Below are positions 7,025-15,379 of a DNA stretch of 64,000 nucleotides, in pieces. Position 1 is the stretch's first letter. Each line of letters starts with the position of its first letter. A program made the position numbers and the translations under genes. Origin of the DNA: an uncultured Thiohalobacter sp. (GTDB taxonomy: Bacteria > Pseudomonadota > Gammaproteobacteria > DSM-19610); the NCBI GenBank assembly GCA_964469575.1, contig CAYYAP010000001.1, positions 2,581 through 66,580 on the forward strand, read 5' to 3'. The notes under the pieces were generated by a model. The model saw only the letters and a program-made list of their open reading frames with translations, searched no databases and was not told the DNA's origin.

Positions 7025-10000
7025 CAGTCTTCCTCCAGCTTGCTCTGCGGGGTTTTGTGCATCCTGTTCCGGTACCATAAAAAGTACATCACCGGCAGCA
7101 ACAGCATCGATACCAGCGGGGCCGTCACCATGCCGCCAACCATCGGTGCAGCGATGCGTCGCATAATCTCTGACCCTGTACCGGTGCCCAGCATGATGGG
7201 CATCAGCCCGGCGATAATGACTGCGGCAGTCATCGCCTTGGGCCTGACCCTCAATACCGCGCCTTCGATAACGGCGTTGCGTAATTCCGCATCGGTCGCG
7301 GGCTGGTAGCGGTTAATGGCTTCACGCAGGTAAACCAGCATCACCACCCCAAACTCGGCGGCCACACCCGCCAGTGCAATAAACCCGACCGCCACCGCCA
7401 CCGACAGGTGAAATCCCAACGCCCACAGCAACCAGACACCGCCGACCAGCGCAAGTGGCACGGCAAGCATTACCATCAGGGCTTCACTCAGGGTGCGGAA
7501 ACTCAGGTACAACAGGATAAGAATAATAAACAGGGTCAGGGGTACGATGTACTGCAAACGTTGTTTCGCGCGTTGCATATACTGGTACTGTCCCACCCAG
7601 TGCAGGGTGTACCCAGCCGGCAGTTTCAGTTGCTTTTGCAGGGCTTTGCGGGCCTCGGCAACATAGGAACCGATATCACGCCCGTCGGTGGTCACGTAAA
7701 CCCAGCCATTGATGCGACCGTTTTCACTTTTGATCAGGGGCGGACCGTCGGCTATCCGTATTTCCGCCAGGTCCTGCAATTGCACCTGGGTATCTTCGGT
7801 GACAACCAGCGGCAATTCTTTCAACCGGGTAATGGAATCACGCCATTCCTGCGGGTAGCGCAGGTTGACCGGGTAGCGCTCGCGGCCTTCGACCGTGTAG
7901 GTAATATCCTGTCCGGCAACAGCGATATTCGCCGCGTCCTCGATCTCGGCAATACTCAGGCCGTAGTGACCGGCGGCCTGTCGATCTATATCAACGTCGA
8001 TGTAACGGGCGCCGTCAGCGCGGTCGGACAACACACTGCGCGTCCCGGGCAACGCACGTAAAACCGCCTCGACCTGTTCGCCCAGTGACTGGATACCGGC
8101 CAGCTCGGGGCCGGCAATCTTGATACCGACCGGGGTGTTGATCCCCGTTGACTGCATATCGATACGGGTGCGGATCGGCATCAACCAGGCGTTGTGCAGG
8201 CTGGGTACCTGGACACGCGCATCCAGTTCATCGCGAATTTTGTTCATGGTCATGCCCTGACGCCACTGTGCTTTCGGCTTGAGGCGTATCACGCTTTCGA
8301 TCATGGTCAGCGGCGCGGGATCGGTTGCTGTTTCCGCGCGCCCTACCTTGCCGAATACGCTGGCGACTTCCGGTACGGTACGAATCAAACGATCCGTCTG
8401 TTGTAACAATTCGCGCGCCTTGCCAACCGAGATACCCGGCAGCGTCGTCGGCATATAGAGGAAATCACCCTCGTCCATTTCCGGCATAAACTCACTACCC
8501 AGATTGGACAAGGGCCACAACATGGTGGTGGCCAGCAGGATAGCCAGTCCGGTCGTCATCCAGGGCCGGTCGAGCGCCCGACCGATCAACGGCCGGTAAG
8601 CCGCTATCAGCCAACGATTAAGGGGGTTGCTTTCCTCCGGGCGGACCCTGCCGCGGATCAGGAATGCCACCAGCGCAGGCACCAGGGTGACCGAAAGACC
8701 CGCCGCCGCCGCCATAGCGTAGGTTTTGGTAAAGGCCAGCGGGGCAAACAGGCGTGCCTCCTGGGCTTCCAGCGTGAACACCGGCAGGAAACTGAGGGTA
8801 ATAATCAACAATGAAAAGAACAATGGCGAGCCGACTTCCGCCGTGGCGTTCTGTATCGCCTGCAAGCGGCTGACGCCCTCGGCCGAGGCCCGTTCCAGGT
8901 GTTTGTGTACGTTCTCGATCATGACAATGGTGGCATCGGACATGGCGCCGATAGCAATGGCAATACCGCCCAACGACATGATATTGGCGTTGATGCCCTG
9001 CAGACGCATCACCACAAACGCTGACAGTATGCCCACCGGCAAACTGATCAGAATCACCAGGGAGGAACGCAGGTGTAACAGGAACAAGGCACACACCAGC
9101 ACCACCACCAGGAATTCCTCCACCAGGCGATGGCTGAGGTTGGTGACCGCGCGATCGATCAGCGCTGATCGATCATAAGTTTCCACCAGCTCCACGCCCT
9201 CGGGCAGGCTTTTACGTAACAGGGCAAGTTTCTTCTTGACAGCCTGGATCGTCGTCAGGGCATTTTCGCCGGAGCGCATGACAATAATGCCGCCCACCAC
9301 CTCACCCTCTCCATTCAGGTCAGCAACACCGCGCCGCGCTGCGGGACCGATGTGGATACTGCTGGCGATATCGTCCAGCAGTACCGATGAAATCGACAGA
9401 CGCCGCCGCACCGTGGGAACGCTGGTAATACCAATGTCCTCGATATTTTTTACATAGCCCCTGAAACGCACCATGTACTCGGCCTCGGCAATTTCCAGCG
9501 ACGAACCGCCGATTTCGGCGTTGGATTCTTCTATCGCACGTTTCACATTGGCCAGCGTCAGGTAGTAGCCACGCAAACGGTCGGGGTCAATCACCACCTG
9601 GTACTGCTTGACCATGCCGCCTACAGCCGCCACTTCGGAAACGCCCGGCACGGTTTGCAATTCATATTTCAGAAACCAGTCCTGCAAGGAACGCAGCTCT
9701 GCCAGGTCGTGCTTGCCGCTTCGATCCAGCAAGGCATACTGGTAGATCCAGCCTACCCCGGTCGCGTCGGGGCCAAGTCGTGGCTTTGCCCCGGCCGGTA
9801 GCTGATCCGTCACCTGGCTCAGGTATTCGAGCACACGTGAACGTGCCCAGTACAAATCCGTATTGTCAGAAAAGATCACATAGACATAGGAGTCGCCAAA
9901 GAAAGAATAACCGCGCACTGCCACCGCACCTGGCACCGACAACATGGCAGTCGACAGGGGGTAGGTGACCTGGTCCTCGACCACCTGCGGCGCCTGGCCG

Positions 10001-10161
10001 GTATAACTGGTACGAATAATCACCTGTACATCGGAAAGGTCCGGGATGGCATCCAGCGGTATGGTGCGCACTGAGTAAACACCCCAGGCGCTCAACAACA
10101 CCGCCGCCAGCAAAACCAGCAGACGGTTGCGCACAGACCAGCGTATCAATACGGCAATCAC
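7024..10161 (-). CDS. cusA: Heavy-metal efflux RND pump, CusA/CzcA family
   Basis: 1045 aa with 12-TM RND architecture and the HME-type N-terminus (MIAVLIRWSVRNRLLVLL...IPLDAIPDLSDVQVII). A CusB-like adaptor is encoded immediately upstream. Confidence 0.9.
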   Translation of the reverse strand: MIAVLIRWSVRNRLLVLLAAVLLSAWGVYSVRTIPLDAIPDLSDVQVIIRTSYTGQAPQVVEDQVTYPLSTAMLSVPGAVAVRGYSFFGDSYVYVIFSDNTDLYWARSRVLEYLSQVTDQLPAGAKPRLGPDATGVGWIYQYALLDRSGKHDLAELRSLQDWFLKYELQTVPGVSEVAAVGGMVKQYQVVIDPDRLRGYYLTLANVKRAIEESNAEIGGSSLEIAEAEYMVRFRGYVKNIEDIGITSVPTVRRRLSISSVLLDDIASSIHIGPAARRGVADLNGEGEVVGGIIVMRSGENALTTIQAVKKKLALLRKSLPEGVELVETYDRSALIDRAVTNLSHRLVEEFLVVVLVCALFLLHLRSSLVILISLPVGILSAFVVMRLQGINANIMSLGGIAIAIGAMSDATIVMIENVHKHLERASAEGVSRLQAIQNATAEVGSPLFFSLLIITLSFLPVFTLEAQEARLFAPLAFTKTYAMAAAAGLSVTLVPALVAFLIRGRVRPEESNPLNRWLIAAYRPLIGRALDRPWMTTGLAILLATTMLWPLSNLGSEFMPEMDEGDFLYMPTTLPGISVGKARELLQQTDRLIRTVPEVASVFGKVGRAETATDPAPLTMIESVIRLKPKAQWRQGMTMNKIRDELDARVQVPSLHNAWLMPIRTRIDMQSTGINTPVGIKIAGPELAGIQSLGEQVEAVLRALPGTRSVLSDRADGARYIDVDIDRQAAGHYGLSIAEIEDAANIAVAGQDITYTVEGRERYPVNLRYPQEWRDSITRLKELPLVVTEDTQVQLQDLAEIRIADGPPLIKSENGRINGWVYVTTDGRDIGSYVAEARKALQKQLKLPAGYTLHWVGQYQYMQRAKQRLQYIVPLTLFIILILLYLSFRTLSEALMVMLAVPLALVGGVWLLWALGFHLSVAVAVGFIALAGVAAEFGVVMLVYLREAINRYQPATDAELRNAVIEGAVLRVRPKAMTAAVIIAGLMPIMLGTGTGSEIMRRIAAPMVGGMVTAPLVSMLLLPVMYFLWYRNRMHKTPQSKLEED

Positions 10162-10173
10162 TGGCGGTGCCGT

Positions 10174-11580
10174 CTAGAAACGGGATTCCGGCAGATAGCT
10201 TACCGGTTGAATGTTCTTGGCTGAGGGGACCACCGTCACGGGGCCGGCATGACTACCGGGTGGTGTGCGCGGGGCGGCAACCACCGGTGGGGCAGGATGT
10301 TGCGTGTCAGCATGCCGATGTGGCTGCATTTTTCCCGAGTGCCCTGTGCCCGGCGTTGCCAGCCGACGGAAACCCGCCAACAGATTGCTTTCCGAGTCGA
10401 TCAGGAACTGCCCGGACGCAACCACCTTGTCGCCGGCCTCCAGGCCGGACCGAATTTCAATCATGCCACCGGATTCTTCACCAGACACCACCGCGACCGG
10501 CTGGAAATTATTTTTTCCCCGGATCAGCACCACACGGTCACCGGTACCGGTACGAATCACGCTGTCGGTGGGAATGGTCAGCACATGTTTGCGTGGCTGT
10601 CCGGCTATACTGACATGGGCGAACATACTCTGTGACAGTTCAGGATTGTCTGTCTTGAACTTGAGCGCAACTTCCAGGGAGCGCGTGGTGTAACCCACCG
10701 GCGGCTCGACCCGCACCACTTCGCCCTCGAAGACTGTACCGGGCAGGCCGCGTACTGTCATCCTGGCTTTCTGACCTTCCGCTACCCAGCCCCACTGACG
10801 CTCGAAAATTTCAGCGGTCACCTCGATTACCCGGTAATTTCCGCCGACATTAAACACAGTAAACCCGGTGTGTACCTTTTCCCCAACATGTCCGCGACGG
10901 GAATAGATGAAGCCGTTTTCAAATGCGTAGACCTCAACCGGCATCTCGGCTTTTTCACCCGCCTGCAGGCGCGAGATCTGTTCCGGGGTAAGCCCCATAT
11001 CGCTCAATTCGGGGATCATCGCGTTGGCGGTGGCGCGATCGCCGTTTTGATAGGCATCCTGAAGCGCCTTTTCGCGTTCAAATAACGCATCGGATTTGAC
11101 CGAAAAAAGAAATTCACCCCCGGTAATAAAATCGCCATCGTGCTTGTCTGCTATGGCCACCAGTTCACCGCGGATCGGCGGCGTGATGGTGCGCCGCGCC
11201 ATGGGGTCAACACGGGTAATCTTGCCGATAGTCTCAATGCTGCGCTGCAGGTCACTGTACCTGACGGTTGCGGTACGCATGCCCAGGTTATGTACCACCG
11301 ACGGCTCAATGGTGACAACCGGCAGCCCGTTCTCTGTCGCTGCGGCCGCACTGCTTTCCTGTTCGACAAGATCCATCCCACAAATCGGGCAGCTTCCCGG
11401 TGTGTCGCTGACAATTTCTGCGTGCATGGGACACACGTAGTGCCGTGCAATCGTATTGTCCGCGACAACTGGCTCAAGTGTTTTGTTGCCCTCCCCGGTA
11501 CGGCCTGTCGACGGCCATTGCCCCGCCAGATAACCTAAAATCCCTGCCAGTACGGCAGTAAGAAAGATTGATTTCGACAT
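10174..11580 (-). CDS. cusB: Efflux RND periplasmic adaptor, CusB-like, with N-terminal metal-binding module
   Basis: 468 aa. HYVCPMHAEIVSDTPGSCPICGMDL is the heavy-metal-binding module seen in CusB-type adaptors. An MFP beta-barrel/lipoyl core follows, then a His/Pro-rich C-terminal tail. Confidence 0.85.
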   Translation of the reverse strand: MSKSIFLTAVLAGILGYLAGQWPSTGRTGEGNKTLEPVVADNTIARHYVCPMHAEIVSDTPGSCPICGMDLVEQESSAAAATENGLPVVTIEPSVVHNLGMRTATVRYSDLQRSIETIGKITRVDPMARRTITPPIRGELVAIADKHDGDFITGGEFLFSVKSDALFEREKALQDAYQNGDRATANAMIPELSDMGLTPEQISRLQAGEKAEMPVEVYAFENGFIYSRRGHVGEKVHTGFTVFNVGGNYRVIEVTAEIFERQWGWVAEGQKARMTVRGLPGTVFEGEVVRVEPPVGYTTRSLEVALKFKTDNPELSQSMFAHVSIAGQPRKHVLTIPTDSVIRTGTGDRVVLIRGKNNFQPVAVVSGEESGGMIEIRSGLEAGDKVVASGQFLIDSESNLLAGFRRLATPGTGHSGKMQPHRHADTQHPAPPVVAAPRTPPGSHAGPVTVVPSAKNIQPVSYLPESRF

Positions 11581-11619
11581 GATTGTTATCCCCCGTATAT
11601 CATCTTGTTGTTGCCACCT

Positions 11620-12630
11620 TTAGCCAGTGGTTTCCGGCGAGGCGGTCTGCTTGTCAGGAAGCATTGTTCTGTTCAGCAGCTTTAACTGGTAAATATACGG
11701 CCATCGCTTGCCCGTCACAAATAATCTTGCTGTTTCCGGGTCGTAGGCAATCCCGTTAGCGACAGCGGAGCCATCAGGCCGTTCGGACAGTGGCATCAGG
11801 CCGGCAAGATTAATCCAGCCGACAACCTGACCCGTTCCCGGATCGATCCGGGCGATACAATCGGTGGGATAAATATTGGCGAAGATCTGTCCTTCCACGA
11901 ATTCAAGTTCGTTTAGTCCCTTGACCGGGTACCCCTGTGCCCTGACCTGCAGGGTATCCGTTTCCCGGTAGTCTGTAGTGTCCATGAAACGCAACCACGA
12001 CGAGCCATCGCTGATCACCAGTTGCTGATCCACGTGGGTACTCCCCCAGCCCTCACCCTTCAGGGCGAATTGACCGGTTTGTTGCAGGTTTTCCGTCGCA
12101 TAGACAAAGGCTGAACCGGATCGCCAGGTAAGCTGAACCAGTTGCTGGCCAACGCGGGCAAGACCTTCTCCGAACAGTTGTTTATCCAGTACGTGTGTTT
12201 CAAGCACCCGACCGGTCTTCAGGTCAACCTTGCGTACGCTGGAATGACCCTGTATCCCGGTGCTTTCGTAGAGTTCACCCTGATAGAACACCAGGCCCTG
12301 GGTAAAGGCATCAGGGTCATGCGGGTAACGGGCGGTGACTTCAAAGGGGTAACTGGGCAATGCCTCAACAGACACGGGAGCAGCTGTAGAATACAGAAGC
12401 GATTCCCGGGTAAGCGTACTGCACTGCGATGTATTGGTGGCAACCACTTGCGCCCGGACAGACTGCGACAGATACAGCCCACCCAGTGCAACTGCCAGAC
12501 AGACAAGTTGCCATACCTTGTAAACCCTAACACCATCAGCGTTTCTGAAACACACTACAATCTGGCACCTGCTGTTATTGCCTGAAACGCAGATGCCCTT
12601 CCCGACAAGCCGGGAAGAGCTTCCGCTCAA
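11620..12630 (-). CDS. Glutaminyl-peptide cyclotransferase (beta-propeller, plant/bacterial type)
   Basis: YPHDPDAFTQGLVFYQGELYESTGIQGHSSVRKVDLKTGRV...QLFGEGLA...LTWRSGSAFVY is the characteristic glutamine cyclotransferase sequence. The signal peptide ends VRA|Q. The track start is TTG 12630, and GTG at 12555 gives a more normal signal peptide. Confidence 0.8.
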   Translation of the reverse strand: MSGSSSRLVGKGICVSGNNSRCQIVVCFRNADGVRVYKVWQLVCLAVALGGLYLSQSVRAQVVATNTSQCSTLTRESLLYSTAAPVSVEALPSYPFEVTARYPHDPDAFTQGLVFYQGELYESTGIQGHSSVRKVDLKTGRVLETHVLDKQLFGEGLARVGQQLVQLTWRSGSAFVYATENLQQTGQFALKGEGWGSTHVDQQLVISDGSSWLRFMDTTDYRETDTLQVRAQGYPVKGLNELEFVEGQIFANIYPTDCIARIDPGTGQVVGWINLAGLMPLSERPDGSAVANGIAYDPETARLFVTGKRWPYIYQLKLLNRTMLPDKQTASPETTG

Positions 12631-12646
12631 CTACTTCTCTCCCCCG

Positions 12647-14593
12647 TTAGTGCAGAGAGTAAATTGCAACATCGTGGTGCAAAGGATCGAACTGGTAGAT
12701 CCTCAGACGCCGGCTTGGCTCAAAGTTATAGGTAATATCAACCTTGTGCATACCCGGCGTACCGTCTGCCGCAACCGGTGGCGTCATGATACCGCCCCAG
12801 GGACCACCTGCATTCGGCCAGGCGTGGTTGCGGCCAAAGGTAAAGAAGCAACCGGAACCCAACTGGGGCAGGCCGTTAACCGGGTCATCCAGGTTACGCG
12901 GCGATGCCTGCAGGAACTCCTCCGCACCGCCACGGTTGATCGGGAACACATTGTCTTCCCCGGACACCTGATTGGCGGGATTGCTAAAGGGATCCTGCCC
13001 CGCAAGATGCCCTGGCGGTATAACCGGATGCGGTCCCTGCAGGGTCGTTGGATCGGTAAACTGGAACTGGTTCTCCCAGCCGCGTGATCCGCCAAAGTCC
13101 ACATTCATGTAGGCATGCGGGAAATGGTCTCCGTTATACAGGGTAACCTGGTAGTCGTATGGACGAAGATTCCACTCGTGCGCACTACCATTGGAAATAC
13201 CCTTGTAGCTGGCCGGCCCCTGACCACTGCCTTCACCTTGCAAACCCTGGCGATTGCCATACAGGGTATTGTTGACATACAACAGTGTCAGCGTTGCGTT
13301 CGGATCAGCCTCGACACCCGCAGGGAGATGCGTGCGATCTGTCCAGTCGAGGAAAGCCGCCCGCAAGTCAGATGCCACCTGTTTCAGGTTCATACCACCA
13401 TGGTACCCCACTCCACCATCTTCATCGTCCTGCATTGACTTGAAGATATTCCACATACGCTTGGCGGGTGACAGGTCACCGATTTGCGCAATGGCATACG
13501 CCTTATCGGCAGCATTATTGCGAGTATTACAGTCAGGGTCGTCTACGCCATCTTCACAGAAAGCGAATTTCTCCCACTGCGGCAGGGTCCAGCCGTCAGG
13601 TCCCGCTTTCTTCAACGCATTTTCCATCACCTGGACACGTGGCGGATGGATTCGCCAGCCCCAGGTGTAGACCAGGTTAAAATATTTCCCTTTGGTTTCC
13701 TTGATTCGCACCGTGTAACGAGTGCCTTCATCAAGCATTGGGAAATAACTCTGGTCCATTGAGGCATGGAACGGACCACGCTTCGGGCCTACCCGGTCAA
13801 AGTTCATCGACATCGGCGAGAAATCTTCCAGGCCACGGTTGAGAATATTAACGTGGTAAGTCACCGTCCAGGGAACTTCCTGCACGGCGCCGGGATCGAC
13901 AAACGCGGTATCACTTTCGATATGCTGGTTAAAGTAGATCATGTTGACATCGACGTTACCGCCAATGACATTCCCGGCATCATCGTAGACAGGCTCGACG
14001 GTTTTAACCTTATTCGGACCGTTGTAGTGCAACATCGGGAAACCGCTGTAGGCACGGCCCTTGATATGATTACCCTCAAGAATATCGATGGCTCGCTTGA
14101 CCAGTTTTTCCTTGACTTCATCTCGTCCTTTGTTTGCAGCCTTTTCGATCTTGTCGATAATCCGGTCCAGGTCATCCTCCGGGTTGGTCGGGTTGATCCT
14201 GTCTGTCAGAACCGGGCCGTCGTGCAGGTTATACGGATTATCCGGTGTCGATGGTAATGTATTCGGCATTTCGTCGCCGTTAAAATCCCTGAGATTTTCA
14301 TACACCGTCATCAGGAAGTTGCTCCCCGGCGGATTAGCAAAGGGATCCTGTGGCGGGAAGTGACCTTCCGGCGTCACCACAAATGTGGTCACCCCGTCAG
14401 CAGACACCGTCTGTGTCGATGGCCCCGGACGGGGTTGCGTACAGGGGTGTCCCATGTAACCCGTCTTTCCCGTCATGGGATCGAAGGTCAGTTCACAGCC
14501 TGCCCAGGCGGCGCTGCCCAGCCCCATACCACCGGCGAGCAGACCGAGTGTCGCGGCAAGGCGCGCTTTAACAAATGGTCTTTTGTGCTTCAT
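12647..14593 (-). CDS. Secreted (possibly lipo-) protein of unknown family, 648 aa
   Basis: Long uninterrupted ORF with a strong RBS (GGAGGAGGTG 8 nt upstream of the ATG). The signal peptide is MKHKRPFVKARLAATLGLLAGGMGLGSAAWAGC. The protein is rich in W/P/G/H and I recognise no motif. Confidence 0.8.
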   Translation of the reverse strand: MKHKRPFVKARLAATLGLLAGGMGLGSAAWAGCELTFDPMTGKTGYMGHPCTQPRPGPSTQTVSADGVTTFVVTPEGHFPPQDPFANPPGSNFLMTVYENLRDFNGDEMPNTLPSTPDNPYNLHDGPVLTDRINPTNPEDDLDRIIDKIEKAANKGRDEVKEKLVKRAIDILEGNHIKGRAYSGFPMLHYNGPNKVKTVEPVYDDAGNVIGGNVDVNMIYFNQHIESDTAFVDPGAVQEVPWTVTYHVNILNRGLEDFSPMSMNFDRVGPKRGPFHASMDQSYFPMLDEGTRYTVRIKETKGKYFNLVYTWGWRIHPPRVQVMENALKKAGPDGWTLPQWEKFAFCEDGVDDPDCNTRNNAADKAYAIAQIGDLSPAKRMWNIFKSMQDDEDGGVGYHGGMNLKQVASDLRAAFLDWTDRTHLPAGVEADPNATLTLLYVNNTLYGNRQGLQGEGSGQGPASYKGISNGSAHEWNLRPYDYQVTLYNGDHFPHAYMNVDFGGSRGWENQFQFTDPTTLQGPHPVIPPGHLAGQDPFSNPANQVSGEDNVFPINRGGAEEFLQASPRNLDDPVNGLPQLGSGCFFTFGRNHAWPNAGGPWGGIMTPPVAADGTPGMHKVDITYNFEPSRRLRIYQFDPLHHDVAIYSLH

Positions 14594-14695
14594 TGATTAT
14601 TCACCTCCTCCCCGGCAGTGCATGCTGTATTCATGCGCACTGCGGAGGATATTGTGTGTTGTATCACCAGATCAGTTTCCGCTGAAGGCCAGGCA

Positions 14696-15325
14696 TCAGA
14701 CACTGTGCATGTCCACCAGGAACGGCTTGTGCAGCTTGCCGGTACTGAGACGCCCCACGGCTTCCGCGATATATAGCGGTTGCAGTCGGCTCGGCTTGTT
14801 CATCCAGCGACCGGTTTTTTCATTGCCGATCCAGGACAGGGCGTACAGACTGCCACGGGCGTTGAAGGATGCCAGGATTTCCCGGACATCTTCGGGTGCC
14901 CCTGTGAGGAAACGCCACTTGGCGCCGTACTTGTCGGCCAGCGCCTTGAGTGCGTCCGGTGTATCGTGGTAGGGATCGGTGGTTACCGTGTACATGTGCA
15001 CATGTTTACCGACCCGGTCCTCGATCATTTTTTGCACCTTGACCAGGTTACTGAGTAACGGGTAATAATTTTCACCCTTCACCGAGGTGAAACTCACCAG
15101 AACAAGCTTGTCGGCTATCAGGTCCTCGTAGAACCAGGCCTTCTCACCATACTGATCCTGGACAATCACCTGGGGGAAACGACTGGCATTTTTGCCGCCC
15201 TTGGCGCGCGGGCAGGTTTTGAATACCGGGTTATCTGCTGTACCCGGGGTAACCGCCGCTGCCGCCACCGCCGGGATGGCCGCTGCCGCACCCGCCAGGA
15301 ACGTTCTTCTTGTGGTCTTTTTCAT
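14696..15325 (-). CDS. TAT-exported SCO1/SenC-like thioredoxin-fold protein lacking the CxxxC copper site
   Basis: Twin-arginine leader MKKTTRRTFLAGAAAAIPAVAAAA. The SCO1-like core is QDQYGEKAWFYEDLIADKLVLVSFTS...VHMYTVTTDPYHDTPDALKALADKYGAKWRFLTGAPEDV. The canonical FT-CxxxCP position reads FTSVKGENYYP. AAGGAG RBS. Confidence 0.75.
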   Translation of the reverse strand: MKKTTRRTFLAGAAAAIPAVAAAAVTPGTADNPVFKTCPRAKGGKNASRFPQVIVQDQYGEKAWFYEDLIADKLVLVSFTSVKGENYYPLLSNLVKVQKMIEDRVGKHVHMYTVTTDPYHDTPDALKALADKYGAKWRFLTGAPEDVREILASFNARGSLYALSWIGNEKTGRWMNKPSRLQPLYIAEAVGRLSTGKLHKPFLVDMHSV

Positions 15326-15379
15326 CGTAAACTCCTTGGAATTCCGCTCATATAATTAACTGACACAGTGCCCACCGGT

